From assembly GCA_949292985.1 (NCBI GenBank), contig CASFBF010000010.1:164585-228584 (forward strand): a stretch of 64,000 nucleotides of DNA. The letters run 5' to 3'. The translations under genes were made by a program, and so were the position numbers. The stretch's first letter is position 1; each line of letters begins with the position of its first letter. Shown here one piece after another: positions 29,213 through 39,730 of this stretch. Source of the stretch: an uncultured Bacillota bacterium (GTDB taxonomy: Bacteria; Bacillota; Clostridia; Christensenellales; UBA1242). Under the pieces are notes generated by a model. The model worked only from the letters and a program-made list of their open reading frames with translations. It was not told where the DNA came from and ran no database searches.

Positions 29213-31933
29213 TTAAGCATTTTTGCCACAGCAGTTTTTATATTTCTTTCCACTTCCGCATGGGCAAGGTTCATTTCTGCCAACTTTTGGAACATCGTTG
29301 ACAACTGTTTTTTGCACAAATGGCTTTGATTTTTCTTGCTTTTTTTCTTCTGGCAAAGGCTCTTTTCTAGCAATTGGCGTGAATGTTGGTTTTTTAAATG
29401 GCGCTGGCTGTTGCTCCACTTGGAAATGGCTTGCAAGTAAAATTTGACAAGTTGTTTTTCTAATTTTTTCAATCATTTCTTCAAAAAGTTCAAAACCTTC
29501 ACGCTTATATGCAAGAACAGGGTCTTGATTGCCATAACTTCTTGAAAACATTTCGTTTTTCATTATTTGCATATCGTCAATATGGTTCATCCAATGTGCA
29601 TCTACAACCTTTAAAAGCACAAATCTTTCAATGTTTTCAAAGTTTATGTTAAGCCCTTTTGCCTCTTCTTCACGCTGGGCATATCTTTTTTCTATAAGTT
29701 TTAAAAGTTTTTCTTCTACTTCTTGCACATCGCACTCTTCAACAAACTTTTCATCAACTATGTTGCTTCCCTTTTCAAACCAGCCACGCTCTAAATCAGC
29801 ATTGATTGGCGCCAAATCCCACTCAAAATATGGCTTGTCTTCATCTAAATTTTCAACAACAATTTTGTGTATGATTTCAGGGAACATTCCCATAATTTGC
29901 TCATGAACTGGCAACCCGTCTAAAACTTTATTGCGTTCTTCATATATTATCTTGCGTTGTGCATTCATCACATCGTCAAACTGCAAAACAGTTTTTCTTG
30001 CAGAAAAGTTTTGTATTTCTATTTTCTTTTGAGCAGACGAAATTTGTTTTGTCAAAATTTTAAGTTGAATTGGAGTTGATTCATCAATCTTAAACACCTG
30101 AGCAATTTTTTGTAATCTTTCTCCACCAAATCGCTTTAACAAATCGTCTTCAAGCGAAAGAAAAAACACGCTTGAACCTGGGTCGCCCTGTCTCGCTGCA
30201 CGCCCCCTCAACTGATTGTCAATTCTTCGAGATTCATGTCTTTCAGTGCCAAGAATATGCAATCCACCAAGTTTAATCACTTCCTGCTTTTCAGCATCAG
30301 TTTGTTTTTTAAACTCAGCATAAAGAGCGTTAAACCTTTCTCTCGCCTTGTTCAATTCTTCATCATCAACATAATTGAAAGCCGTGGCATAAGAAATTTG
30401 CTCTGGGGTAAACTTTTCATCTTCCATTTTTTTCTTTGCCATGAACTCTGGGTTTCCGCCAAGCAAAATGTCGGTTCCTCTGCCCGCCATGTTAGTTGCG
30501 ATTGTAACAGCGCCCTTTCTTCCTGCTTGTGCAACAATAGCACTTTCCTGCTCGTGATTTTTTGCGTTGAGCACAACATGCTTAATTTTCGCAGATTTAA
30601 GTGCGTTTGAAAGTTCTTCTGATTTATCAATGGTAATTGTTCCCACCAGCACTGGTTGTCCAACTTCATGACACCTTGCAATTTCTTCAACTATGGCCTT
30701 AATTTTGCCTTTGTATGTTGTGTAAACAATGTCGGCCTCGTCTTTTCTCTTGTTTGGAAGATTAGGTGGAATGGTAACTACATCAAGGCTGTAAATAGTT
30801 CTAAATTCACCTTCCTCTGTTTTTGCAGTTCCAGTCATACCAGAAAGTTTTTTGTAAAGCCTAAAATAATTTTGGAATGTGATTGTGGCAAGAGTTTTGT
30901 TTTCGTCTTTTATTTCAACATTTTCTTTTGCTTCAATCGCTTGGTGCAATCCATCATTAAATCTTCTTCCCGGCATCAATCTTCCAGTAAACTCATCTAC
31001 AATAATCACTTCACCATCTTTGACAATGTAATTATCATCACGGAACATTATGAAATTTGCTTTTAATGCATTGTTGATATAGTGGTTCAATTCTAAGTTC
31101 TCAATATCTGACAAATTTTCCACACCAAAAAAACGCTCGGCTTTTGCTATACCACTTTCGGTCATGTTAATCTGTTTAGTTTTTATGTCTATTTCAACAT
31201 CAGCATCTTTTTTTAAACTTTTTGCAAATTTTTGAGCATTGATATAATTATCGCTGGATTTTCCACCACGACCGCTTATTATGAGTGGGGTTCTTGCTTC
31301 GTCAATTAAGATTGAGTCCACTTCGTCCACAATTGCAAAATTTTGTCCCCTTTGCATACGCCTGTCTTTTGAAACAGCCATGTTATCACGAAGATAATCA
31401 AAACCCAATTCATTATTTGTGCAATATGTTATGTCGCTGTTGTAGGCAATGCGTTTTTTATCTTCTGGCATGTTCGCCACAACAACACCAACTGTAAGTC
31501 CCAAAAACTTATAAACTTTACCCATCCATTCTGCGTCACGCTTTGCCAAATATTCATTGACAGTCACCACATGCACGCCTTCGCCTGCCAATGCATTCAG
31601 ATAAGCAGGAAGAGTTGCAACAAGCGTTTTTCCTTCACCAGTTGCCATCTCGGCAATTCTGCCTTGGTGCAACGCAATTCCACCAAGAATTTGAACATAA
31701 AAGTGTTTCATATTTAACACTCTGCTTGCAGCCTCTCTTGCCACAGCAAAAGCATCTGGCAAAATGTTATCAAGTGTTTCGCCATTTTTAAGCCTATCTT
31801 TCAAAATGTTTGTTTGCCCTTGTAATTCAGGGTCTGACATCTGTGAATATTTATCTTCTAACGCAATAACTTTATCAGCAATTTTCTTTAATTTTTTAAC
31901 TTGTGATTTATTTTCGCTTCCAAAAAGCCCCAT
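29213..31933 (-). CDS. secA: Preprotein translocase ATPase SecA
   Basis: EMATGEGKT, IVDEVDSILIDEARTPLIISG, ATNMAGRGTDI, C-terminal SEC-C CPCGSGKKYKNCC. Confidence 0.98.
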   Translation of the reverse strand: MGLFGSENKSQVKKLKKIADKVIALEDKYSQMSDPELQGQTNILKDRLKNGETLDNILPDAFAVAREAASRVLNMKHFYVQILGGIALHQGRIAEMATGEGKTLVATLPAYLNALAGEGVHVVTVNEYLAKRDAEWMGKVYKFLGLTVGVVVANMPEDKKRIAYNSDITYCTNNELGFDYLRDNMAVSKDRRMQRGQNFAIVDEVDSILIDEARTPLIISGRGGKSSDNYINAQKFAKSLKKDADVEIDIKTKQINMTESGIAKAERFFGVENLSDIENLELNHYINNALKANFIMFRDDNYIVKDGEVIIVDEFTGRLMPGRRFNDGLHQAIEAKENVEIKDENKTLATITFQNYFRLYKKLSGMTGTAKTEEGEFRTIYSLDVVTIPPNLPNKRKDEADIVYTTYKGKIKAIVEEIARCHEVGQPVLVGTITIDKSEELSNALKSAKIKHVVLNAKNHEQESAIVAQAGRKGAVTIATNMAGRGTDILLGGNPEFMAKKKMEDEKFTPEQISYATAFNYVDDEELNKARERFNALYAEFKKQTDAEKQEVIKLGGLHILGTERHESRRIDNQLRGRAARQGDPGSSVFFLSLEDDLLKRFGGERLQKIAQVFKIDESTPIQLKILTKQISSAQKKIEIQNFSARKTVLQFDDVMNAQRKIIYEERNKVLDGLPVHEQIMGMFPEIIHKIVVENLDEDKPYFEWDLAPINADLERGWFEKGSNIVDEKFVEECDVQEVEEKLLKLIEKRYAQREEEAKGLNINFENIERFVLLKVVDAHWMNHIDDMQIMKNEMFSRSYGNQDPVLAYKREGFELFEEMIEKIRKTTCQILLASHFQVEQQPAPFKKPTFTPIARKEPLPEEKKQEKSKPFVQKTVVNDVPKVGRNEPCPCGSGKKYKNCCGKNA

Positions 31934-32088
31934 TTTTTTTCTCCTAATATATTAAGTTTACTAAAATTTTAAATTTAGTCAAGCATATTAGGTGTTGAGT
32001 TTTGTCAATATTTAGTAACTATTCCCTTATTGATGTTGACTTTTAGGTAATTTTGGTTTATAATAAAATAGACAAATGTGGAGGGAAA

Positions 32089-34995
32089 ATGGCACAAACA
32101 ACACAATCGAAAAAAATTAATCTTTCAGATTTTTCGGCAGATGAAAAAAATGTGGTTGGTTTTAACAGTTATTATTCATCTTCAAATGAAAATGGCAAAA
32201 CCACAGAGTATATTCAACAAAACAAAATTGCGTTAGATAAACAAAATGTGGCTGATAAAAAAGTGCTTTTAAGCATTAAAGACAATGCAACAAATAAATT
32301 GCAAATTTTTTGCTATCAAGTTGATGGCAAAAACTATGCAATGGTTCCAAAAAACGCAATTTCAGATGAAGCAAAAATACAACTCGATAACATTTTAAAA
32401 GATGACGCTAATTCAGAAAGTAAAGAATATATATTCGAAATTGAGAAAATAGATTTAATTGATTCATCAGTAGCTACAAAACCAAAAGGTTTTCAATTGC
32501 AATTAAAAGGAAATGATGAAAACAAAATAACAATAAACTCAAACGCCAGAGCATTGCAAATAAGTATTGATGGCAAACCAATTGAACAAAAACAACCAGA
32601 AGGAAACACCAAAACAAGTGTTTTCGGATATTCTTTTACAACCTCACTTATTAAGGATTGTTTTTCAAAAAAAACAGATTACGCGAATATTTATACGACT
32701 AATGGCACTAGTGGAGAATTGCAACCCGCAACAAACATTTCTGGATTTTCGACTGAGTTTTTACTTGCTTTGGCAAACTGCCACGAAAAAACAACAAAAC
32801 CTTATTCAATAATTGATTACGGTGATTTAAAACTTTTCCATGCTCCTTTAGTAAAAGGGATAGGCGGGAAAAACAACAACACTGAAACAAGAAATGAATT
32901 AGTTTTTGCAAGAATTAAAACTAAAAGCGGTAAGGAAAAATACAAAGACTATGTTTTAAGTAATGGTTCGTTTAAACCTGTTTCGCAGGTTGCTTATACT
33001 TACACAGAAAACAATACAAATGATATCGGGATTGATTTTGCTATAGGCGCCTCTCAGGCGACAGTTGAATTGCCTATTAAATTAGACTCAAACAAACAAT
33101 CGAAATTTGTGAATAATGATAACTATAAAATAATAAATGCTTTTTCGAGATTTTTGGCCGATTCTAGTTCTATAACCCAATTACCTGACACAAACAATGC
33201 TTTACCAGATATTAAGGGTGGCCACATAAGAATTGGAGACTTTATTGAAGTTGTGCAAGCCGATAAAACTGGTTTTAGGGAAATTTCCACTGAATTTGTA
33301 AGAGAAAACGTTTCAATTTTAAACCAAAACATTCAGGAACCAATAGACTTTGTAGATCCTGGGCCAGATTCAAATATCCCAGAAGATCCTTCCCCTGTGA
33401 ATCCTGAAGATCCTGTAAACACAGATCCTGATGTCCCTAAAAATCCAGAAGAACCAGGACCGATAGACTTTGTAGATCCTGGGCCAGATTCAAATATTAC
33501 AGTGGATCCTTCCCCTGTGAATACTCAAGATCCTGTAAACACAGATCCTGATGTCCCTAAAAATCCAGAAGAACCAAAAAATTCTATTGACAATAGTTCG
33601 AACACTTCACAAGAACCATCGAACAAATTAAACAATCCTAGTTCACAACCTGCATCAGCCAATCAAACAGCGTCAAATAAGATTCCTAATGTTGATGTAA
33701 AAAAAGAGCGAAGTTCTTTTGGTCCGTTTATAAAAACATTAGGCATTTTGGCTTTGATCGCATCAGTATTTCTATTCGTAGGAGCCGTCCTTGTTCCTGG
33801 TGTGGCGGCACTTGTACCAGCCGCGATAGGTTGCTTATGTGCAGGTGGTGCGTTATATTTCGGTTCTAACTTTATAGATGGAAAGATGAATATTGATTCT
33901 ATCTTTAACTCTGCAATAAACAATCAAAAAAATAGAAAGAAAAAACGTGAAAGAAAAGCAAAAAGATTTTTAAGTAGAGAAAATAAAATTGAAAATTTAA
34001 GATCTTTTGGCAAAGAAATGAGCGTAAAAACAAAAGCCAAGAGGCTTGCTAAAGCACAAAAATTGGAAGATAGAAACTTTAACTCTTTAGCAAGTGGAGA
34101 TTTTAGATTTATTGAGCAACTTTCTATATTAAATGAAAACAAAGCAATTGAGTTAGAAAAAAGCAAGCACTCTGATAAAGAACTAACTGACGAAGAAATC
34201 TTTGCTATAAAACAAGAGGCAAGAAATAAATTTATAAGCGACAATGCTCTTCCTATCGCACAAAGCGTTTTAAGTAGACATGGAGAAAAAGCAACTAGAG
34301 CGTTTTTGTCTAATTGCTCTCAACAACAGAGAACTTATATTACAAGTGCTAGTAACGATATAATTAACGCTATTCAAAATGATAAAACAAACAAAAATAT
34401 TCTTGGGACAGCGTTATCAAACTATTTAGTTGGTATTGACACTAAAAAGGCTTCACAAAGAATAAAATATTTAGCAAATGTTTCTACTGAACAGCACAAT
34501 TGGTTGAAAAAATATTGCGAAAAACGAAATGAGTTAGAATTAGCATATGAAGCAGCAGAAGCAAAAGGAAAAAATACAGAAGAATTAAGAAGGCTTATAA
34601 GGCTTGAACAAAAACTTGAAAACGATTCTGCTATAAATTCAAGAAAAGCGTTAAGGAATACTTTTGATAAAGTAAGGGCAAAATTAGAAGAAAAACATGC
34701 AGGAAAAAATGAATTAAGTGAATCAAATGTACAACCTTCAGAGGCCATCACACAATCGGCAACATCTTCTAATGAAACAGAACGTAATGCAGAAAATCAC
34801 GAACAAGAAAATCCTGCAAATGTTGAAAATCTTAATTCCGCACCTACAGATTCAACAACAAATGACGAGAGTGTAGAGGCTCAACCAGTTGGTGAACCAA
34901 ATACTACAGCGTCTTCTGATTCCGCTACGCCTGTAGCAAATGAAAGCCAATCACCTGCAATCTCGCCTTCTGATGAAACTGCAATAACTAGATAA
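32089..34995 (+). CDS. Large hypothetical membrane protein with a Pro/Asp-rich duplication, central hydrophobic hairpin and helical C-terminal half
   Basis: ATG 32089 after GGAGGG; TTGACT-N17-TATAAT promoter; ~45-aa hydrophobic stretch followed by KNRKKKRERKAKR. Confidence 0.8.
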   Translation: MAQTTQSKKINLSDFSADEKNVVGFNSYYSSSNENGKTTEYIQQNKIALDKQNVADKKVLLSIKDNATNKLQIFCYQVDGKNYAMVPKNAISDEAKIQLDNILKDDANSESKEYIFEIEKIDLIDSSVATKPKGFQLQLKGNDENKITINSNARALQISIDGKPIEQKQPEGNTKTSVFGYSFTTSLIKDCFSKKTDYANIYTTNGTSGELQPATNISGFSTEFLLALANCHEKTTKPYSIIDYGDLKLFHAPLVKGIGGKNNNTETRNELVFARIKTKSGKEKYKDYVLSNGSFKPVSQVAYTYTENNTNDIGIDFAIGASQATVELPIKLDSNKQSKFVNNDNYKIINAFSRFLADSSSITQLPDTNNALPDIKGGHIRIGDFIEVVQADKTGFREISTEFVRENVSILNQNIQEPIDFVDPGPDSNIPEDPSPVNPEDPVNTDPDVPKNPEEPGPIDFVDPGPDSNITVDPSPVNTQDPVNTDPDVPKNPEEPKNSIDNSSNTSQEPSNKLNNPSSQPASANQTASNKIPNVDVKKERSSFGPFIKTLGILALIASVFLFVGAVLVPGVAALVPAAIGCLCAGGALYFGSNFIDGKMNIDSIFNSAINNQKNRKKKRERKAKRFLSRENKIENLRSFGKEMSVKTKAKRLAKAQKLEDRNFNSLASGDFRFIEQLSILNENKAIELEKSKHSDKELTDEEIFAIKQEARNKFISDNALPIAQSVLSRHGEKATRAFLSNCSQQQRTYITSASNDIINAIQNDKTNKNILGTALSNYLVGIDTKKASQRIKYLANVSTEQHNWLKKYCEKRNELELAYEAAEAKGKNTEELRRLIRLEQKLENDSAINSRKALRNTFDKVRAKLEEKHAGKNELSESNVQPSEAITQSATSSNETERNAENHEQENPANVENLNSAPTDSTTNDESVEAQPVGEPNTTASSDSATPVANESQSPAISPSDETAITR
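33340..33576 (+). repeat. In-frame tandem duplication, period 120 nt (40 aa)
   Basis: 33340..33456 and 33460..33576 are near-identical, encoding PIDFVDPGPDSNI..DPSPVN..DPVNTDPDVPKNPEEP. Confidence 0.92.
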
Positions 34996-35007
34996 ATAAG
35001 GATTAAA

Positions 35008-36099
35008 ATGAAAATTGGCGTTGTAGGACTGCCAAATGTTGGCAAAAGCACTTTATTTAACGCAATAACGGAAGCTGGCGCAGAAAGCGCCAACTATCCT
35101 TTTTGCACGATAGAACCAAATGTTGGTATGGTTGATGTGCCAGACGAAAGATTGCAAGTGTTGGGCGAAATGTATCACACCCAAAAAATAACTCCTGCAA
35201 GCATAGAGTTTGTGGACATTGCAGGGCTTGTCGCTGGAGCAAGTCAAGGCGAAGGTTTAGGAAATAAGTTTTTAAGCCATATTCGTGAAGTTGACGCAAT
35301 CGTGCATGTTGTAAGATGTTTTGACAATCAAAACATAATTCATGTAAGCGGAAGTGTCGATCCAATTCGTGATATTGAAGTAATAAATCTCGAACTAGCC
35401 TTAGCGGATTTAGAACAGGTTACAAAAAAGTTTGAAAAAGACGGCAAACTTATTAAAACTGGCGATAAAAGTTTGATAGAGAGCGTTGCACTTCTTGGCA
35501 AAATAAAATTACAGTTAGAGCAAGGCAAACCTGTTAGAACACTTGCCATGAACGAAAAAGAAAATGAAATTGTTAAAAACTTTTCTCTTTTAACTGCAAA
35601 ACCTGTTATTTATGTTGCTAATATCGGTGAAAATGATATAGAAAAAGGCGAAAATGAATATGCAAAAAAAGTTAAAGAATATGCAAACGCTGAAAATTCT
35701 GGTTGCATAACTCTTTGTGCAAAAATTGAAGAAGAACTTATTTTTTTGCCAAAAGACGAACGCGAAATGTTTAAAGAAGAACTTGGCATTAAGCAGAGCG
35801 GACTTGAAAAACTTGTTAAGGCAAGTTATGATTTACTTGGGCTTATGAGTTATTTAACCGCTGGTGAAAAAGAAGTAAGGGCTTGGACAATAAAAAAAGG
35901 AACCAAAGCACCACAAGCCGCTGGTAAAATTCATACCGATTTTGAAAAAGGTTTTATTAAAGCCGAAATCGTTTCTTACACTGATTTAGTGGAAACAGGA
36001 AGTTTTTTAAAAGCGAAAGAAAAAGGCAAAGTCAGAATGGAAGGCAAAGAATATATCATGCAAGATGGCGATGTTGTTCTTTTCCGCTTTAATGTGTGA
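35008..36099 (+). CDS. ychF: Ribosome-binding ATPase YchF
   Basis: GLPNVGKSTLFNA, NYPFCTIEPN, DIAGLV, APQAAGKIHTDFEKGFI. Confidence 0.97.
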   Translation: MKIGVVGLPNVGKSTLFNAITEAGAESANYPFCTIEPNVGMVDVPDERLQVLGEMYHTQKITPASIEFVDIAGLVAGASQGEGLGNKFLSHIREVDAIVHVVRCFDNQNIIHVSGSVDPIRDIEVINLELALADLEQVTKKFEKDGKLIKTGDKSLIESVALLGKIKLQLEQGKPVRTLAMNEKENEIVKNFSLLTAKPVIYVANIGENDIEKGENEYAKKVKEYANAENSGCITLCAKIEEELIFLPKDEREMFKEELGIKQSGLEKLVKASYDLLGLMSYLTAGEKEVRAWTIKKGTKAPQAAGKIHTDFEKGFIKAEIVSYTDLVETGSFLKAKEKGKVRMEGKEYIMQDGDVVLFRFNV

Positions 36100-36107
36100 G
36101 GCACGAA

Positions 36108-36476
36108 ATGAAGGAACTTACTCCCCTGCAATTAGCCTTTTTAGGCGATGCCATACACACACTTTTTGTGCGCAAATGGGTGCTTGAAAATTTTAACAAG
36201 CCTATGAACGATATTCATAAAATTTGCGCCAAATATTGCAGTGCCGTTCACCAAAGCGAAGTTCTGTTGCAATTACAATTAAATGAAGACGAACAAGAGA
36301 TTGTTAGAAAAGCCAGAAATGTTAAAGCGAAACACACAGCAAAAAATGCAGAAATTAAAGATTATAAATTTGCAACTGCTTTTGAAGCATTAGTTGCATA
36401 CCTAAAAATAAATAATAAAACCGATCGATTAAATTATGTTTTAAAAGAGTCTATAAAGGAAAAAAATGCAGATTGA
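36108..36476 (+). CDS. mrnC: Mini-ribonuclease III
   Basis: LAFLGDAI, YKFATAFEALVAYL; upstream of rlmB. ATG 36108 preferred over GTG 36096. Confidence 0.88.
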   Translation: MKELTPLQLAFLGDAIHTLFVRKWVLENFNKPMNDIHKICAKYCSAVHQSEVLLQLQLNEDEQEIVRKARNVKAKHTAKNAEIKDYKFATAFEALVAYLKINNKTDRLNYVLKESIKEKNAD

Positions 36477-37176
36477 AGGAAGAAACCAAGTAAGACAAGC
36501 CATTGAAGGCGGGCTTACAATCAACAAAATTTTAGTTGACACAAATTTCTCTAATCGAAAAGATGAAATTGTTTTTCTCGCACGAAAAAAGCGCATAAGG
36601 GTTGATTTTGTGCCTAAGCAAGCACTTGATAGAAAAAGCACAACTTCTCATCATCAAGGCTATATCGCTGAAACCGTAGACTTTAAATACACCCCACTTG
36701 ACCAACTTCTTGCTGTAAAAAGCGAAAAGCCATTTTTTGTTTTATTGGACGGGATAGAAGATCCACATAACTTTGGCGCAATCATACGCTCTTGCGAATG
36801 CGCTGGCGTTGATGGGATAATTATTCCTAAAAATCGTGCCTGTGTTGTTAATGACACAGTTGTAAGAACCAGTACTGGCGCAATAAGCAATATGAAAATT
36901 GCAATGGTTACAAATCTGAAAGAAGCGATAACTTCTTTAAAAAATATGGGCGTTTGGGTGTATGCTGCCGAGACTGGTGGTGAAAACATATATTCAAAAA
37001 ATTTAAATCAACCTATTGCAGTGGTGATAGGCTCAGAAGGTAAAGGCGTGAAAAAAAGCATAATCGAAATGTGCGATGGTGTTCTCACCCTTCCTTTAAA
37101 AGGAAAAGTCAATTCACTAAATGCAAGCGTGGCATGTGGTATAGTTATTTTTGAAATTTTAAGACAAAGGGGTTAA
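36466..37176 (+). CDS. rlmB: 23S rRNA Gm2251 methyltransferase (TrmH family)
   Basis: HQGY, LDGIEDPHNFGAIIRS, IGSEGKG, SLNASVA. Confidence 0.93.
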   Translation: MQIEGRNQVRQAIEGGLTINKILVDTNFSNRKDEIVFLARKKRIRVDFVPKQALDRKSTTSHHQGYIAETVDFKYTPLDQLLAVKSEKPFFVLLDGIEDPHNFGAIIRSCECAGVDGIIIPKNRACVVNDTVVRTSTGAISNMKIAMVTNLKEAITSLKNMGVWVYAAETGGENIYSKNLNQPIAVVIGSEGKGVKKSIIEMCDGVLTLPLKGKVNSLNASVACGIVIFEILRQRG

Positions 37177-37177
37177 A

Positions 37178-37756
37178 ATGACAGACGAGCAACTTGTCTT
37201 ACTCGCCAAAGAAGGCAACAGTGAGGCGGAACTTGAACTATTTAACAAATACCGAAGTTTAATAAATAAATATTCGCGTGGCTATTTTTTGGTAGGTGGC
37301 GATGTTGAAGATTTAATTCAAGAAGGTATGATTGGGTTATATAAAGCCATCAAAAATTATTCGCAAGAAAAAGATGCTTCTTTCGCTACATTCGCTTCGC
37401 TTTGTATTCGCCGTCAAATACAATCTGCAATAAGAAACGCTTCAACTCAAAAAAATAAAATTCTTTCTTCGGCTGTTCCAATTACTGATGAAGAAGATGA
37501 TGACTATGGAATTTTTTCAATCACATCAGCAGACCGTCCAGATCAAAAACTGATAAACAAACAAACAAACGAAGAAATTTTTTCACAATTAAAAAAAATG
37601 TTATCTCCCCTTGAATTTGATGTGCTGAAATATTATCTTGCGGGACTTACATATGAGCAAATTTCTCAAAAAACAAATTTATCCAAAAAGAGTATCGATA
37701 ACGCACTTTCACGAATAAAAAATAAACTTTCTTCAATAAAAAAAGTGCTATTTTAA
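37178..37756 (+). CDS. sigH: RNA polymerase sigma-H factor
   Basis: YFLVGGDVEDLIQEGMIGLYKAI, FASLCIRRQI, KSIDNALSRIKNKL; follows mrnC-rlmB. Confidence 0.9.
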   Translation: MTDEQLVLLAKEGNSEAELELFNKYRSLINKYSRGYFLVGGDVEDLIQEGMIGLYKAIKNYSQEKDASFATFASLCIRRQIQSAIRNASTQKNKILSSAVPITDEEDDDYGIFSITSADRPDQKLINKQTNEEIFSQLKKMLSPLEFDVLKYYLAGLTYEQISQKTNLSKKSIDNALSRIKNKLSSIKKVLF

Positions 37757-37765
37757 GGAGTATAA

Positions 37766-39544
37766 ATGGACAATCGAAAAAAATTAGGAATTTTTAAATA
37801 TTTAAATGCTCATAAATTTGCTATTTCATCATATGTCGTATTTTCAATTTTAAGTTCTGCCTGTAATGTTCTTACAACAATTTTTTTAGCAAATGCTATA
37901 GAATTCATTACTTGCTCAGAATATAAAAGCGCTATTTTTACGATATTGATTGTCGGCGGTATATATTTAATACAACATATTTGTATGATATTCGTGGATT
38001 ACATTTATTATAAATATTCAAATATTATAGTAGCAGAATTAAACCGTGATTTAACTAAGCAGGCATTTAAGTTCACCTCAAAAACATATTCTGAATATGA
38101 TACTGGAACTTTTGTGCAAAGAATTCTAAATGATCCTTCTTTAGTAGTTAATAACCTTACTAATATAGTTGATCAAATTGCAAGTATTTTAACAACATTA
38201 ACAATTTTAATTTACATAATAGTCTTAAATATTTATATTGGAATAATTTTGGTTACACTTATTTCTATATGCGGATTGATAGAGTTTTTTAGAACCAAAA
38301 TACTAAAGAAAAACAAATTTTTGTCATATAAAAAATCGGACAAAATAAACTCATTAATGACTGAAATAATAAGAAGCGAAAAAGACATAAAATCTTTAGG
38401 TCTTGAATTAACATTAGGCAAAACTTCTGAATTTTATTATAACGATAGAATGAAACAAGCAATAAAAACTAATACCACCGATCTTTGGTGGCAATCAGCA
38501 CGTAACATTCTTATAAAACTTATAAGTGTTGGTGTTCTTATTTTGGGCATTTACTTTGTTGACATAGGCACCATCACATTAGCAACTTTTATGATTATAT
38601 ACTCTAACAATTATTCCGTATTTTCATTTGTTTGGTGTGTTGGACATGTTTGGAGCATATTAATAGAAATCAAAGTTTCTTCCAAACGAATGTTCTCGCT
38701 ATTTGACGAAAATCTATTTCCTTGTGAGCATTTTGGGACTACTCACATTGACAGAATGCAGGGTAAAATAGAATTCCAAAATGTAAGTTTTGCTTTTTTA
38801 GAATATGAAACTGTTGAAAGCAATGCTAAAACCTATCAGCTTCAGCGCAAAATAGTTTCAAAAACAAAAGTTTTAGACACAATCTCCTTCACAATAGAAC
38901 CTAATACAAGTGTGGCCTTTGTAGGCCAATCAGGGTCTGGAAAGTCTACTATTTTGAATTTAATATCCAAGATGTATGAAGTAGATAGTGGACAAATTTT
39001 AATAGACGGAATTGACATAAAAAATTTAGATAAAAAGACTCTTAGAGATTCAATTTCTCTTGTTAACCAATTCCCATATATATTTGACATGACAATTAAA
39101 GAAAATTTATTGCTCGCAAAAAATAACGCTACTGATGAAGAACTTTGGCAAACAATTGATAAAGCTTCACTTAATGAATTTGTACTTTCTTTGAAAAATA
39201 AATTGGATACAAAAGTAGGAGAAGGTGGTATCAAACTTTCAGGAGGGCAAAAACAAAGGCTTGCCATTGCGAGGGCTTTGCTTAGAAACTCACCAATCAT
39301 AATCTTCGACGAAAGCACCTCTTCGCTTGATAACTTTGCTCAAAGCGACATCAAACGCAGCATAGATGAGTTAAAAGGCAAAAGCACAATCATAATTGTT
39401 GCACACAGGCTTTCAACGATACGCGATGTTGATAAAATATTTTTCCTTGACAATGGAAAAATTGAGGATGTTGGAACATTTGATGAGTTGTTTGAAAATA
39501 ATGTTAAATTCAAAAATATGTTCTATGCTGAAAACTTAAATTAA
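37766..39544 (+). CDS. ABC exporter, fused TMD-NBD (multidrug/peptide type)
   Basis: N-terminal TM domain; GQSGSGKST, LSGGQKQR, IIFDESTSSLD, VAHRLST. Confidence 0.92.
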   Translation: MDNRKKLGIFKYLNAHKFAISSYVVFSILSSACNVLTTIFLANAIEFITCSEYKSAIFTILIVGGIYLIQHICMIFVDYIYYKYSNIIVAELNRDLTKQAFKFTSKTYSEYDTGTFVQRILNDPSLVVNNLTNIVDQIASILTTLTILIYIIVLNIYIGIILVTLISICGLIEFFRTKILKKNKFLSYKKSDKINSLMTEIIRSEKDIKSLGLELTLGKTSEFYYNDRMKQAIKTNTTDLWWQSARNILIKLISVGVLILGIYFVDIGTITLATFMIIYSNNYSVFSFVWCVGHVWSILIEIKVSSKRMFSLFDENLFPCEHFGTTHIDRMQGKIEFQNVSFAFLEYETVESNAKTYQLQRKIVSKTKVLDTISFTIEPNTSVAFVGQSGSGKSTILNLISKMYEVDSGQILIDGIDIKNLDKKTLRDSISLVNQFPYIFDMTIKENLLLAKNNATDEELWQTIDKASLNEFVLSLKNKLDTKVGEGGIKLSGGQKQRLAIARALLRNSPIIIFDESTSSLDNFAQSDIKRSIDELKGKSTIIIVAHRLSTIRDVDKIFFLDNGKIEDVGTFDELFENNVKFKNMFYAENLN

Positions 39545-39545
39545 A

Positions 39546-39575
39546 TAAAAACACGCTAAAATAGCGTGTTTTTTA
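39546..39575 (+). terminator. Intrinsic terminator
   Basis: TAAAAACACGCTA-AAA-TAGCGTGTTTTT. Confidence 0.8.
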
Positions 39576-39614
39576 TTAAATTCTAGATAATTTTTATTAT
39601 TTTTTAAAAAAATG

Positions 39615-39643
39615 TTGACAATATTTGGAAAGTGGCATATACT
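39615..39643 (+). promoter_or_regulatory. SigA promoter of tRNA-fMet
   Basis: TTGACA-N17-TATACT, 10 nt before the tRNA. Confidence 0.85.
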
Positions 39644-39653
39644 ATAACCACAT

Positions 39654-39730
39654 CGCGGGATAGAGCAGTCCGGAAGCTCGTCGGGCTCATAACCCGAAGG
39701 TCGCAGGTTCAAATCCTGCTCCCGCAACCA
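39654..39730 (+). tRNA. tRNA-Met(CAT), initiator (fMet)
   Basis: 77-nt cloverleaf CGCGGGA...TCCCGCAACCA; C1:A72 mismatch, GGG/CCC anticodon stem, CAT anticodon, encoded CCA. Confidence 0.97.

Noticed and set aside
39536-39727. 63-aa minus-strand ORF
   Set aside because: Antisense shadow of tRNA-fMet and its promoter.
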